Positions 22,081-32,731 of a DNA stretch of 64,000 bases are shown piece after piece. The position numbers and the translations under genes were made by a program. How positions within the stretch are numbered: position 1 is the stretch's first letter; each line of letters starts with the position of its first letter. The notes beneath the pieces are model-generated. The model saw only the letters and a program-made list of their open reading frames with translations, was not told where the DNA came from and ran no database searches. Origin of the DNA: Polyangiaceae bacterium (GTDB lineage Bacteria; Myxococcota_A; Polyangia; Polyangiales; Polyangiaceae); NCBI GenBank assembly GCA_035063585.1, contig JAPSGB010000003.1, positions 128,001 through 192,000 of the forward strand, read 5' to 3'.

Positions 22081-22619
22081 GAGATCGGCGCGTTGCGCGG
22101 GGTCTGAGGTGGGTAGGGGCGGCGGGAGGACTCGCTTCGACGGATGATCGGGGAGCGCGCTTGGGCGCGCGGAGCGTGCGCGGGGAGCGCTCGAGCAGGC
22201 TGGATGGGCCGGCCTCGGCGGTTCGACCGGACCGCGCGGCGGCCCGAGCGATGGCCTGGGGTGCGCGTTCGACCAGGCGACTCCAAGCTAAGTGGGGCCC
22301 GAGCGCCGGGCCGTCAAGAGCAGCCGCTCGATATCGTTGGCGTTCGAGCGTCCGCCGCGCGCGCGCTCCCTCGAGCGCTCGCGAGCCGCCTCGACCCGGG
22401 GCCCGGCGCGCGCCCCGCCGCTCGCAGGACATCACGCGCCATGCCCTCGCAACAATTGCAAGGCTCGGCGGTGAGCCGGAGCGGAGCGACAGGGGCCGGG
22501 CGTGCCACACGGCGCGCCCCATGACACGGCTCACCGTTCGCAGGAAAGCTTTGTGAGGCCCGACCGGTCGTCCGGCATGCCGCGCCGCCGGCCGCGCCGG
22601 ATCGGCACCCCTGCGTAGC

Positions 22620-23696
22620 TCAGAATTGAGCGAGAAAGCGCGGATCATTCTCGAACAGGAGCCGGATGTCCGGGATTCCGTAGCGGAGCATCGCGACCCG
22701 CTCGACGCCGAGGCCGAAGGCGAAGCCGGTGTACGTCTCCGGATCTATGCCGGCGTGCGAGAGGACGTCCGGGTGCACCATGCCGCAGCCCAGGATCTCG
22801 AGCCAACCGGTCGACTTGCAGATGCGGCAGGTGGCGCGCGAGCCGTCATCGGCGCGGCAGAACACGCAGCCGACGTCCACCTCCGCGCCCGGCTCGACGA
22901 ACGGGAAGTAGCTCGGGCGGAAGCGCACCGGCGTGCCGGGGCCGTAGAGCCGCTCCGCGAAGGCGGTGAGGACGCCCTTCAGCTCGGCGAAGCTCACCCG
23001 CTCGGCTACCCGGAAGCCCTCGATCTGGTGGAACATCGGCGAGTGGGTGACGTCGTCGTCGCGCCGGTAGACGGTGCCGCCGCTCACGATCGCCATCGGC
23101 GGCCGATGCGTGCTCATCTCCCGCACTTGGACGTTGCTCGTGTGGGTGCGGAGGAGCACCCGTGCGTCGGGCGGCGCGCCGGAGACCTTCACCCAGAAGC
23201 TGTCCTGCATGTCCGTCGCGGGGTGATCCGGTGGAAATGCGAGCTTGGTGAAGTTGTGCTCCTCGAGCTCCACCTCGGGGCCCCAGGCGATCTCGAAGCC
23301 GAGCGAGCCGAAGATGTCGAGGAGCTCGTCGCGCACCTGAGCGATGGGGTGGCGATGACCGCGCACGACCGGCGCGCGACCCGGCAGGGTGAGGTCGAAG
23401 GGGCGCTCGGTGAGCTCGGCTGCGCGCGCGGCCTGCGCGAGCGCGGTGAGCCGCTCCGCGAAGGCCCGCTCGACCTCGGCCTTCACCGCGTTCACGCGCT
23501 CGCCGATGGCGCGGCGCTCGTCCGCGTCCACCTGGCCCATCAGCTTGAGCAGGCTGGTGAGCTCGCCCTTCTTGCCGAGGAGCTCGGCCTTGGCGGCGCG
23601 TAGCTCGTTCTCGTCGACCGCACCCGCGAAGCGAGCATGGAACCGCTCGCCGAGCGCGGCGAGGCCCGCGACGATCTCCGCTCCGGCGTCCGACAC
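22620..23696 (-). CDS. pheS: Phenylalanine--tRNA ligase alpha subunit
   Basis: 'HPATDMQDSF', 'LLRTHTS', 'HSPMFHQIEG', 'FRPSYFPFVEP', 'EILGCGMVHP', 'GFAFGLGVER'. Confidence 0.99.
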   Translation of the reverse strand: MSDAGAEIVAGLAALGERFHARFAGAVDENELRAAKAELLGKKGELTSLLKLMGQVDADERRAIGERVNAVKAEVERAFAERLTALAQAARAAELTERPFDLTLPGRAPVVRGHRHPIAQVRDELLDIFGSLGFEIAWGPEVELEEHNFTKLAFPPDHPATDMQDSFWVKVSGAPPDARVLLRTHTSNVQVREMSTHRPPMAIVSGGTVYRRDDDVTHSPMFHQIEGFRVAERVSFAELKGVLTAFAERLYGPGTPVRFRPSYFPFVEPGAEVDVGCVFCRADDGSRATCRICKSTGWLEILGCGMVHPDVLSHAGIDPETYTGFAFGLGVERVAMLRYGIPDIRLLFENDPRFLAQF

Positions 23697-23708
23697 GGCG
23701 GTCGGCGC

Positions 23709-24062
23709 CTACTTCGCGGCCGCGGCGAGCTCGGTCAGGTGCTTGAAGGCGCCCGCGTCGTTCACGGCGAGATCAGCGAGGATCTTCCGATCGAGCTCGA
23801 TCCCGCTCTTACGCATCGCGCTCACCAGACGGGAGTAGGTGGTGCCGTTCTCTCGGCAGGCGGCGTTGATGCGCGTGATCCACAGGCGGCGGAAATCGCG
23901 CTTGCGCAGCTTCCGGCCGACGTAGGCGTACTGCCACGACTTCCAGAGGACGTGCATCGCCTGGCGGATGCGGTTCTTGCGACCACCCCAGAAGCCCTTG
24001 GTCTGCGCGAAGACGCGCTTGTGACGACGACGCGGGCTCGGGCCTCTCTTGACGCGGGACAT
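23709..24062 (-). CDS. rplT: 50S ribosomal protein L20
   Basis: 'MSRVKRG', 'RKRDFRRLWITRINAA', 'LDRKILADLA'. Confidence 0.99.
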   Translation of the reverse strand: MSRVKRGPSPRRRHKRVFAQTKGFWGGRKNRIRQAMHVLWKSWQYAYVGRKLRKRDFRRLWITRINAACRENGTTYSRLVSAMRKSGIELDRKILADLAVNDAGAFKHLTELAAAAK

Positions 24063-24080
24063 CTCTCGTTACTCCCTGAC

Positions 24081-24278
24081 TCAGCCGTAGGGCAGGAGGA
24101 TCTTGATCCTCTTCTCGAACTCCGGGGCTACCATGTCGTTGTCGCGCAGGCGACGGCGGCGCTTGCGGCTCTTACCGTTCATGCAGTGCTGCAGGCCGCC
24201 CTTCGGGCGACGCACGCGACCCGTGCCGGAGATCTTGAAGCGCTTGCTGGCAGCGCGGTTGGTCTTCATCTTGGGCAT
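24081..24278 (-). CDS. rpmI: 50S ribosomal protein L35
   Basis: 'MPKMKTNRAASKRFK', ends 'LLPYG'; directly upstream of rplT. Confidence 0.98.
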   Translation of the reverse strand: MPKMKTNRAASKRFKISGTGRVRRPKGGLQHCMNGKSRKRRRRLRDNDMVAPEFEKRIKILLPYG

Positions 24279-24371
24279 GACGAGCTCCCGAGCGAGGCTC
24301 GAGCGGCCTCGCCTCTGGTAAAGTAGGCGACGAGCGCCGCGCGGGCCTCGGCCCGCTCCAGAGAGCGCGGA

Positions 24372-24400
24372 CTTATGACGGAAGCCGGCCGCCTCGTCAA
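24372..24400 (-). promoter_or_regulatory. Candidate sigma70 promoter for rpmI-rplT-pheS
   Basis: Minus strand TTGACG-N17-CATAAG, ~95 bp upstream of rpmI. Confidence 0.4.
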
Positions 24401-24487
24401 GGGTACGCTGATACGGAACACGCGCTCAGTAGCTCCGCGCCGTGTTTTCCCGCGAGCCGCTCGCCCCGCCGTGGTACGGGCTCGCCC

Positions 24488-27400
24488 ATGCCGCGCAGGG
24501 ACGACATCGAGAAGATCCTGCTCATCGGGTCCGGCCCGATAGTCATCGGTCAAGCGTGCGAGTTCGACTACTCGGGGACGCAAGGGGCCAAGGCGCTGAC
24601 CGCGCTCGGTTACGACGTCGTGCTCGTGAACTCGAACCCGGCCACCATCATGACCGACCCCGAGCTCGTGAAGCGGACCTACGTCGAGCCGCTCGACGTC
24701 GAGTCGCTCACCGCGATCATCGAGCGAGAGCGCCCCGACGCGCTCCTGCCCACGCTCGGCGGGCAGACCGCGCTGAACCTCGCGCTCGCGCTGCACGAGA
24801 AGGGCGTGCTGTCGAAGCACGGCGTGCAGCTCATCGGCGCTCAGATCGACGCCATCCGAAAGGCCGAGGACCGGCTGCTCTTCAAGGAGGCGATGACGCG
24901 CGCGGGACTCGAGAGCCCGCGCTCCGGCTACGCGACGAGCGTGGAGGAGGCGCGCCGCGTCGTCGAGGAGCAGACCGGCTACCCGGTCATCCTCCGCCCG
25001 AGCTTCACCATGGGCGGTGCCGGCGGCGCGATCGTCGAGGATCCGGCCGAGCTCGACAAGAAGGTCGAGTGGGCGCTCTCGCAGTCGCCGACCCGCGAGG
25101 TGCTGGTCGAGGAGAGCGTGCTCGGCTGGAAGGAATTCGAGCTCGAGGTCATCCGCGACGCGGCCGACAACTTCATCGTCGTCTGTTCCATCGAGAACAT
25201 CGATCCGATGGGCGTGCACACCGGCGACTCGATCACCATCGCGCCCGCGCTCACGCTGACCGACCGCGAGTACCAGCGCCTCCGCGACGCGGCGCGCACG
25301 GTGATGCACGAGATCGGCGTCGAGACGGGCGGCTCCAACGTGCAGTTCGCGGTCGATCCGGCGACCGGGCGCGTGCTCGTCATCGAGATGAACCCCCGCG
25401 TCTCGCGCTCGAGCGCGCTCGCCTCGAAGGCGACCGGCTATCCGATCGCCAAGATCGCCGCGAAGCTCGCGGTCGGCTTCACCCTCGACGAGCTCGAGAA
25501 CGACATCACCGGCACCAGCGCGGCGTTCGAGCCGACCGTGGACTACATCGTGGTGAAGTGGCCGCGCTTCACCTTCGAGAAGTTCCCCGGCGCCGACGCC
25601 CGCCTCGGCACGCAGATGAAGAGCGTGGGTGAGGCGATGAGCATCGGCCGGAGCTTCCCCGAGGCGCTGCAGAAGGCGGCGCGCTCGCTCGAGACCGGCA
25701 AGGACGGGCTCTCGAGCCTCATCGGACGGGTCGACTACCGGCTGCTCGCGGAGGAGCCGACCGCGCGCCGCGATCTCACTCACGACGCGCCGCCCGAGGC
25801 GCGCCCCCGGCGCACGTTGCCGCCGCCGAGCCCGAGCGAGCTCGACGCCGCGCTCGACCACCTCATCGCCATCCCCACGGCCGATCGTCTCTTCTACGTC
25901 GCCGACGCGCTCCGCACCGGGTTCGGGGTCGAACGGGTCCACGAGCGCACCCGGATCGACCGATGGTTCCTCGAGCAGATGGCGCGGATCGTCACCTTCG
26001 AGCGCGTCATCGCCGAGGCGCCCGCGCTCGACGCCGAGCTCCTGTTCGAGGCCAAGCGGCTCGGCTTCTCGGACTCGCAGCTCGCGCGGCTCAGGGGTGC
26101 TCCCGAGGACGCGGTGCGCGCGGAGCGTGAGCGGCTCGGGGTGCACGCGGTGTTCGGGCGCGTCGACACGTGCGCCGCCGAATTCGTGGCGAAGACGCCG
26201 TACCTCTACTCGACGTTCGAGACCGAGAGCGAGGCCGAGGTCAGCGAGCGGAAGAAGGTCATCATCCTGGGCGGCGGTCCGAACCGCATCGGTCAGGGCA
26301 TCGAGTTCGACTACTGCTGCTGCCACGCCGTCTTCGCGCTCCGGGAACTCGGGCTCGAGACGGTGATGGTGAACTGCAACCCGGAGACGGTCTCCACCGA
26401 CTACGACACCTCGGACCGCCTCTACTTCGAGCCGCTCACGCTCGAAGACGTGCTCGCCATCGTGCGCGAGGAGTCGGCGCGGGGTGAGCTGCTCGGGGTC
26501 ATCGTGCAGTTCGGCGGGCAGACGCCGCTCAAGCTCAGCGTGCCGCTCGAGCGCGCCGGCGTGCGATTGCTCGGGACGCCCGCCGACGCCATCGATCGCG
26601 CCGAGGATCGCCAGCGCTTCGACGCGCTGCTCTCGAAGCTCGGCCTCATGCGGCCGCGCGCCGGCATCGCGCGGAGCGTCGAGGAGGCGCGCCGCATCGC
26701 CGCCGGGATCGGCTATCCGGTGCTGGTGCGGCCGTCTTACGTGCTCGGGGGGCGCGCCATGATGACGTGCTTCTCGGACGGCGAGCTCGACGCCTACGTG
26801 GAGCTCGCGATGGACGCGGCCAAAGACGCCGGCTCGACCACGCTCCTCATCGACCAGTACCTGCAGCACGCCATCGAGGTCGACGTGGACTGCGTCTCGG
26901 ACGGTGAGCGGGCGGTCATCGGCGGGGTGATGCAGCATATCGAGGAGGCAGGCGTGCACTCGGGCGACTCGACCAGCGTGCTGCCGCCTCACAGCCTGGA
27001 CGCCGAGGTGGTCGCCACCATCGAGGCGCAGACGCGCGCGCTCGCGCTCGAGCTCGGCGTGGTGGGGCTCATGAATGTGCAGTTTGCCGTGAAGGAGCGC
27101 GAGGTCTACGTGCTCGAGGTGAATCCGAGGGCGAGCCGCACGGTGCCCTTCGTGAGCAAGGCCACCGGTCGTCCGCTCGCCAAGCTCGCGGCCAAGGTGA
27201 TGGTGGGCGCGACGCTCGACGAGCTCGGCGTCAGCGACGGCCCGCTCCCCATGCACGTCGCGGTGAAGGAGTCGGTGTTCCCCTTCACCAAGTTCCCGGG
27301 CGTGGACACCATCCTCGGACCCGAGATGCGCTCGACCGGCGAGGTGATGGGGATCGCGACCAGCGTGGCGCTCGCCTTCGGCAAGTCGATGTCCGCCTCG

Positions 27401-27835
27401 GGCTTCAGCCTCCCGAGCCGAGGGCGCGCCTTCATCAGCGTGGCCGAGCAGGACAAACCCGCCGCCTGCCTGGTGGCGCGGCGGCTCCGCAACCTCGGGT
27501 TCACCATCGTCGCCACCAGCGGGACGGCCGCCGCCATCGAGCGGGCGCGGGTCCCGGTGGAGCGCATCAACAAGGTGCTCGAGGGCTCGCCGCACGTGGT
27601 GGACGCGATCCGCGCCGGGACCATCCAGCTCGTCATCAACACCACCCAGGGCCAGAAGGCGATCCGCGACAGCTACTCGATCCGCCGGAACGCGCTCCTC
27701 GCCAATATTCCATACTTTACCACCATGCCGGCGGGCATCGCCGCGGTGGACTCGCTCGAGGTGCGAGAGGCGGTGGGGACCGCGGCCGTGCAAGTGCGGA
27801 GCCTCCAGGAGTGGCACGCTCGCTCGCACGAGTGA
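24488..27835 (+). CDS. carB: Carbamoyl-phosphate synthase large subunit
   Basis: '[17 protein letters not shown]', 'GVHTGDS', '[18 protein letters not shown]', '[13 protein letters not shown]', C-terminal MGS domain. Confidence 0.99.
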   Translation: MPRRDDIEKILLIGSGPIVIGQACEFDYSGTQGAKALTALGYDVVLVNSNPATIMTDPELVKRTYVEPLDVESLTAIIERERPDALLPTLGGQTALNLALALHEKGVLSKHGVQLIGAQIDAIRKAEDRLLFKEAMTRAGLESPRSGYATSVEEARRVVEEQTGYPVILRPSFTMGGAGGAIVEDPAELDKKVEWALSQSPTREVLVEESVLGWKEFELEVIRDAADNFIVVCSIENIDPMGVHTGDSITIAPALTLTDREYQRLRDAARTVMHEIGVETGGSNVQFAVDPATGRVLVIEMNPRVSRSSALASKATGYPIAKIAAKLAVGFTLDELENDITGTSAAFEPTVDYIVVKWPRFTFEKFPGADARLGTQMKSVGEAMSIGRSFPEALQKAARSLETGKDGLSSLIGRVDYRLLAEEPTARRDLTHDAPPEARPRRTLPPPSPSELDAALDHLIAIPTADRLFYVADALRTGFGVERVHERTRIDRWFLEQMARIVTFERVIAEAPALDAELLFEAKRLGFSDSQLARLRGAPEDAVRAERERLGVHAVFGRVDTCAAEFVAKTPYLYSTFETESEAEVSERKKVIILGGGPNRIGQGIEFDYCCCHAVFALRELGLETVMVNCNPETVSTDYDTSDRLYFEPLTLEDVLAIVREESARGELLGVIVQFGGQTPLKLSVPLERAGVRLLGTPADAIDRAEDRQRFDALLSKLGLMRPRAGIARSVEEARRIAAGIGYPVLVRPSYVLGGRAMMTCFSDGELDAYVELAMDAAKDAGSTTLLIDQYLQHAIEVDVDCVSDGERAVIGGVMQHIEEAGVHSGDSTSVLPPHSLDAEVVATIEAQTRALALELGVVGLMNVQFAVKEREVYVLEVNPRASRTVPFVSKATGRPLAKLAAKVMVGATLDELGVSDGPLPMHVAVKESVFPFTKFPGVDTILGPEMRSTGEVMGIATSVALAFGKSMSASGFSLPSRGRAFISVAEQDKPAACLVARRLRNLGFTIVATSGTAAAIERARVPVERINKVLEGSPHVVDAIRAGTIQLVINTTQGQKAIRDSYSIRRNALLANIPYFTTMPAGIAAVDSLEVREAVGTAAVQVRSLQEWHARSHE

Positions 27836-27900
27836 GGGGCCGGGGAGGCGCGGAATCCATTTCCGCCGGCCAGGCTCCTACCGACGAGGAGAACGGTTTC

Positions 27901-28326
27901 ATGGATATCCGAGTCGGTTTCAGCGGTGGGAAGCGCGTGGACGCGAGCTTCGGCGAGCGCGTGATTCACACCGATCAGAGCGTCAAGAACGGCGGCGAGG
28001 GCAGCGCGCCCGAGCCGTTCCACCTGTTCCTGGCGTCGCTCGCCGCCTGCGCCGGCGTGTACGTGCTCGGCTTCTGCCAGGCACGCGGCATCTCCATGGA
28101 TGGCATCGAGCTCGTCCAGCACCACGAGTACGACCCCGAGACGGGGCGGCTCGCCGACGTCCGGGTCGATATCCGCGTCCCGGCCGATTTTCCTGAGAAG
28201 TACCTCGCGCCGCTCGAGCGGGTGGCGGCCAAGTGCGCGGTGAAGCGCGTGATCGACGCCCCGCCGAACTTCAGCATCGTGGCGCGGGCGCAAGCGGTCG
28301 AGCCTGCCGTTTCCGCGATGACCTGA
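27901..28326 (+). CDS. OsmC/Ohr family protein
   Basis: 'HTDQ...GGEGSAPEPFHLFLASLAACAG' plus second Cys 'KCAVK'. Confidence 0.88.
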   Translation: MDIRVGFSGGKRVDASFGERVIHTDQSVKNGGEGSAPEPFHLFLASLAACAGVYVLGFCQARGISMDGIELVQHHEYDPETGRLADVRVDIRVPADFPEKYLAPLERVAAKCAVKRVIDAPPNFSIVARAQAVEPAVSAMT

Positions 28327-28351
28327 CCCGGGGCCGCCCGGGCGTCGAGGC

Positions 28352-30634
28352 GTGATAGCGTCCGGCGCCGTGCAGTCGGGAGAGGAGGCGGTCGCGCCGA
28401 AGCACGCGGAGGCGGCGCCAGCGTCGGCCACCGGCCGGCGCTCGATCGGGCTCGGTGGAGCCACCACGGTCGGGATCGGCGCCACCATCGGCGGCGGGAT
28501 CCTGGTGCTCGCCGGCCCGGCGTTCGCCGCGACCGGACCGAGCAGTCTGGTGGCCTTTGCCCTCGACGGCGTGCTCGCGGGGCTCGCCGCGCTGTCCTTC
28601 GCGGAGATGAGCGCGGCGTTTCCGGAGTCGGGCGGCGCCTACACCTTCGCGAAGAAGGTGCTCAGCGTGCGCGCCGCCTTCGCGGTCGGGTGGGTGGTGT
28701 GGTTCGCCTACATCGTGGCCGGCGCACTCTACGCGCTCGGCTTCGCGGCGTACGCCGCCGACGCGATCGCGAGCTTGGTCGTCGCGCTCGGCGGCAGCGC
28801 TCCCGAGTGGCTCACGGCGCACCGCACCGTCATCGGGTTCTCGCTCCTCGCCACCACCGCTTACACGCTCTCGCTCATCCGAAAGGCGAGCGGGGGCGGG
28901 CGCTGGATGACGGTGGGAAAGATGCTGGTGTTCGCGGTGCTCATCGTGGCCGGCGCGTGGGCCCTGCCCGGAGCTCCCGCGGGCACCATCTCGACCCGGC
29001 TCACTCCCTTCGTCGTCCACGGAGCGACCGGGCTCTTGTCCGCGATGGGGCTCGCCTTCATCTCGTTCCAAGGCTTCCACTTGGTGGCCGCCATCGCCGG
29101 CGAGGTGAAGCAGCCCGAGCGCGTCATCCCTCGCAGCATGCTCGCGTCTCTCGGTGCCGCGGTCGCGGTGTACTTGCCGCTCCTCTTCCTGGTGGCGACC
29201 GTGGGCGTGAAGCCCGGCGGCTCGATCACCGCGATGAGCGAGACGCGTCCGGATACCGTGGTGGCCGACGCGGTCGGCAACTACCTCGGCCCAGCCGGGT
29301 ACTGGCTGGTGGCGATCGCCGCCATCCTGTCCACGCTCTCGGCGCTCCACGCGAACCTCCTCGCCGCCTCGCGGGTGGCGCTCGCCATGGCGCGAGATCG
29401 AACCCTGCCGCGGGTGCTCGCCAAGGCGCACGCGACTCGTCGCACGCCGGTGATGGCGCTCTACGCGAGCGGGCTCGCGCTCGCCGGCATCCTGCTCATG
29501 GTGCCGAGCGTCACCGCGGCGGGCGCAGCGGCGAGCCTCATCTTCCTCTTCACCTTCGCGCTCGCGCACGCGACGAGCATCCTGGCGCGGCTCCGCGCCC
29601 GCACGCCGTCGCCGTTTCGGACGCCTTGGTTCCCGTTGGTGCCGCTCGTCGGTGGTCTCGCCTCGGGCGGGATGGCGATCTTCCAGGCGTTTGCGGTGCC
29701 CGCGGCAGGGATGATCACCGCCGTTTGGCTCGGGCTCGGCGTGCTCCTCTACTACGCCATCTTCGCCGACCGCGCCGAGGTGGTCGACGCCATGGCGGAG
29801 GCGCAGGACCCCACGCTCACGCGGCTTCGTGGCCGGAGTCCGCTCGTGCTCGTGCCGATCGCCAACCCGGCGAGCGCGCCAGCGCTGGTGTCGGTGGCGA
29901 GCGCGCTCGCGCCGAAGAGTGTCGGGCGCGTGATGCTGCTCGCGGTCATGCGCCCGGAGCAGAGCGACGGCGTGAGCGCGCCCCGGTCGCTCGTGCGGAT
30001 CCAGGACGTGCTCCGCGAGGCGCTCATCGCCTCGCTGAAGACGGGACACCATCCCGAGGCGCTCATGACCATCGCGCCCGCGCCGTGGTCGGAGATCGCG
30101 CGAGTGGTGCGGACGCATCGCTGCGAGAGCCTCCTGGTCGGTCTCTCGAACCTCGATGAGGGGGACGGCGCGCGCCATCTCGAGGCGCTCCTCAACGACG
30201 TCGACTGCGACGTCGCGGTGCTCCGCGCGCCGCCGGGCTGGAGCCTGGCGACCGCGCGCCGCATCGTGGTCCCGGCGGGCGGGCGCGGCGGCCACGACGA
30301 GCTCCGCGCGCGGCTGCTCGGGAGCCTATGCCGCGGCGCGGAGCGCGAGGTGACCTTCGTGCGGACCATCCCGCCGGGTGCGTCGCGCGCGGAGCGAGCC
30401 GGCTTCGAGCGCGAGCTCCGGCGTCTCGCCGAGGATGAGACGCCCGGTAAGCCGCGCATCGAGCTCATCGAGGGAGCCGACGTCGCCGGAGCCCTCGCCG
30501 TGCGCGCGCGCGACGCGGATCTCCTCATCATGGGCGTGATGCTCGAGGCGGGGCGGCGACTCTTCGGCAGCGTGGCGCTCGGGATCGCGCGGGACGCGCC
30601 GTGCGCCACCATCATGATCAGCCGCCGCGGATGA
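28352..30634 (+). CDS. APC-family amino acid permease with C-terminal universal stress protein (USP)-like domains
   Basis: 'IGATIGGGI', 'FAEMSAAFPESGGAY', 'GEVKQPERVIPRS', 'SRVALAMARD'. USP-like 'VLVPIANP', 'IVVPAGG', 'DLLIMG...LFGSVA'. Confidence 0.88.
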   Translation: MIASGAVQSGEEAVAPKHAEAAPASATGRRSIGLGGATTVGIGATIGGGILVLAGPAFAATGPSSLVAFALDGVLAGLAALSFAEMSAAFPESGGAYTFAKKVLSVRAAFAVGWVVWFAYIVAGALYALGFAAYAADAIASLVVALGGSAPEWLTAHRTVIGFSLLATTAYTLSLIRKASGGGRWMTVGKMLVFAVLIVAGAWALPGAPAGTISTRLTPFVVHGATGLLSAMGLAFISFQGFHLVAAIAGEVKQPERVIPRSMLASLGAAVAVYLPLLFLVATVGVKPGGSITAMSETRPDTVVADAVGNYLGPAGYWLVAIAAILSTLSALHANLLAASRVALAMARDRTLPRVLAKAHATRRTPVMALYASGLALAGILLMVPSVTAAGAAASLIFLFTFALAHATSILARLRARTPSPFRTPWFPLVPLVGGLASGGMAIFQAFAVPAAGMITAVWLGLGVLLYYAIFADRAEVVDAMAEAQDPTLTRLRGRSPLVLVPIANPASAPALVSVASALAPKSVGRVMLLAVMRPEQSDGVSAPRSLVRIQDVLREALIASLKTGHHPEALMTIAPAPWSEIARVVRTHRCESLLVGLSNLDEGDGARHLEALLNDVDCDVAVLRAPPGWSLATARRIVVPAGGRGGHDELRARLLGSLCRGAEREVTFVRTIPPGASRAERAGFERELRRLAEDETPGKPRIELIEGADVAGALAVRARDADLLIMGVMLEAGRRLFGSVALGIARDAPCATIMISRRG

Positions 30635-30650
30635 GCGCTCTCATCGCGCC

Positions 30651-32117
30651 TCACTCGCAGCGGCGGAACGGCTGGCCTCCGACCGCGGGCCCTCCCCCCG
30701 CCACGCACGTCGAGCCGCTCGGACAGAGGCCGTCCTCGGTGCAGTCGCGCGAGCACTTGCCGCTCGAGAGACAGTAGCCGAACGCGCACTCGGCGGCGGC
30801 GCTGCACGGCGCGCCGACCTCACCGCCGCCGAGCGCCGGCAGGCAGAGGCCGATGCGCCCGCCGCCCGCCGATCCCACGCTCACGCAGGCCGCGCCGAAC
30901 GGGCAGCCGCCGGCGTATCGGCACGAGTCGACGCACGAGTCGCCCGGGGCCCCGCCGGTCGTCACCGGCGACGAGCAGCTCACGCTGGGCGGGCCCGGGA
31001 TCGTGAACGCGTCGAAATCGACGTGGAGCGCGTCACCGCAGACGTTCACCACCTCGCCGCCCTGATTGCAGGCGTATTGCGCCGGCGTGGAGCCGCCGGG
31101 GAGGGAACCGAACACGTCACTCGGTCGCCGGCACACGCCGTCGCAGGTCCACGCCGGGAGCCCCGCCGCCCGCTGGGGACAGTCGGCTGCCGTCGAGCAG
31201 GCGAGCGTGCAGCCGCCGATCACCAAGCGGGGGGAGAGATCACACGCGCTCGGCGCGATGCACGCGGTCGTGTCGCCCGTGTCGCAGTAGGCCGACGCGC
31301 GCACACACGCGCGCACGCTCGGCGAGCCGACCGGCTGACACCCGAAGCCGTTCGGGCAGTCGGCGCCGGTCGCGCAGGGGCTCGTGCAGTACTTCTGGCT
31401 CGTGAGGCAGGCGTACTGACAGTCGTTCGCGCCCGCGCAGGCTCGCCCGATGTCGCTCGACATGCAGTAGCGCTCGCCGCCGGCCTCCTCGCAGCGCAGG
31501 CCCGATGGGCAGCCCGCGGTCGCGCCAACCGCCGAGCACGCCGGCAGACAGCGCTCCGGCAGTTCCTTGCCGTAAGCGCGGCAGAGCAGACCCGGGGAGC
31601 AGTCCCCGTCGCTCGCGCAGCGATCGAGGGTCAGCCCGGTCCCGCTCGCGCCGCCGGTTCCGCTCGCGCCGCCGGTTCCGCTCGCGCCGCCGGTTCCGCT
31701 CGCGCCGCCGGTTCCGCTCGCGCCGCCGGTCCCGCTCGCGCCGCCGGTCCCGCTCGCGCCGCCGGTTCCGCTCGCGCCGCCGGTTCCGCTCGCGCCGCCG
31801 GTTCCGCTCGCGCCGCCGGTTCCGCTCGCGCCGCCGGTCCCGCTCGCGCCGCCGGTCCCGCCGTCGGTTCCGCTCGCGCCGCCGGTCCCCGTGCTCGGAT
31901 CGCAGCGCCCGAGGCCGACGTTGCAGGTGTAGCCGTAGGCGCAGTCGAGATCGAGCTTACAGTCCGTCCGACAGGTGCCCGCCGCGCAGTACGCGCCCGC
32001 GCAGTCGCTGTTGCGCTCGCAGGCCTGGTTGTCCGCGCACGCGCCGAGCAGCGCGCTCGCGAGCGCTGCCGCGATGGCGGCCGAGAGTCGAGCCCAACGT
32101 CCTCGCTCGGAAAGCAT
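30651..32117 (-). CDS. Cys-rich surface lipoprotein with (GTGGAS)n linker
   Basis: Lipobox LLGAC and many C-x(2-5)-C disulfide-type modules on both sides of a GTGGAS repeat. Start trimmed to MLSERG. Confidence 0.8.
   Translation of the reverse strand: MLSERGRWARLSAAIAAALASALLGACADNQACERNSDCAGAYCAAGTCRTDCKLDLDCAYGYTCNVGLGRCDPSTGTGGASGTDGGTGGASGTGGASGTGGASGTGGASGTGGASGTGGASGTGGASGTGGASGTGGASGTGGASGTGGASGTGGASGTGLTLDRCASDGDCSPGLLCRAYGKELPERCLPACSAVGATAGCPSGLRCEEAGGERYCMSSDIGRACAGANDCQYACLTSQKYCTSPCATGADCPNGFGCQPVGSPSVRACVRASAYCDTGDTTACIAPSACDLSPRLVIGGCTLACSTAADCPQRAAGLPAWTCDGVCRRPSDVFGSLPGGSTPAQYACNQGGEVVNVCGDALHVDFDAFTIPGPPSVSCSSPVTTGGAPGDSCVDSCRYAGGCPFGAACVSVGSAGGGRIGLCLPALGGGEVGAPCSAAAECAFGYCLSSGKCSRDCTEDGLCPSGSTCVAGGGPAVGGQPFRRCE
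31642..31887. repeat. 18-bp coding tandem repeat: 12 contiguous copies plus one displaced copy, encoding GTGGAS
   Basis: Unit CCGCTCGCGCCGCCGGT(T/C) runs from 31642 to 31857; after a 12-bp spacer there is one more unit. Confidence 0.97.
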
Positions 32118-32242
32118 GGGGCCGAGGATAACACGCCGCGTCGAGGCAATTTTGTCGCTCCGGCGCGAAACCGCTCGGGCGGCGACCGCGCGGGGGCCGC
32201 GCGAAAATCGCGCGACTCGCCCCCATGGGTTAGGGTTTGAGC

Positions 32243-32731
32243 GTGAAGCGTCGCTACCCGCTCGCCGCGCTCGTCGAGGTCCGCCGCCAGGCGGTCGACG
32301 CGCGGGCGCGCGAGGTCGCCGAGCGGGCGCGGAGCGCGGAGCAAGCCGCGCGCGCCGCGGAGCGCGCCGCCGTCGCCGAGCGGGTGGAGACCGAGCGCCA
32401 AGCGCGCGTGCTCGCGGAGGAGGCGAGCCGGGTCGAAGCCGGTGAGGCCAGGATCGCCGATCTCGCGGCGCGAGGTGCCTGGGCCGCCGGCGCCGCGGAG
32501 CGCGCGCGGCTGCTCGAGGCGAATCAGGCGCGGGCGCGCGAGCGGCTCGCCACCGAGCGCGCGGCCGAGGCGCGCGCGCGCGACGCGCTCGCCGAAGCGG
32601 ACGGTGACGCGCGCGCAGTCGAGGAGCATCGCGCGCGCTGGGACGCCGCGCGCGCCGCCGCCGCGGAGCGCGCCGAGGAAGAGGCGGCGGCAGAGGTGTG
32701 GAGCGGGCGGCGCCGGGGGCCCCGCGGATGA
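32243..32731 (+). CDS. FliJ/SctO(YscO)-like coiled-coil protein
   Basis: 162 aa, all helical. N-terminal 'YPLAALVEVR' and C-terminal 'RAVEEHRARW...AERAEE', like T3SS/flagellar ATPase stalk proteins. ATGA overlap with the next gene. Confidence 0.6.
   Translation: MKRRYPLAALVEVRRQAVDARAREVAERARSAEQAARAAERAAVAERVETERQARVLAEEASRVEAGEARIADLAARGAWAAGAAERARLLEANQARARERLATERAAEARARDALAEADGDARAVEEHRARWDAARAAAAERAEEEAAAEVWSGRRRGPRG

Noticed and set aside
22061..22648. Several Arg/Ala-rich ORFs in the pheS-sigma gap
   Set aside because: Low-complexity translations with no RBS or motif support, and no resemblance to pheT fragments.
24266..27829. 1187-aa minus-strand ORF
   Set aside because: Antisense shadow of carB.
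31631..31890. Regular 18-bp repeat array as a possible CRISPR
   Set aside because: Units are contiguous with no unique spacers, lie in frame within a lipoprotein, and no cas genes are present.
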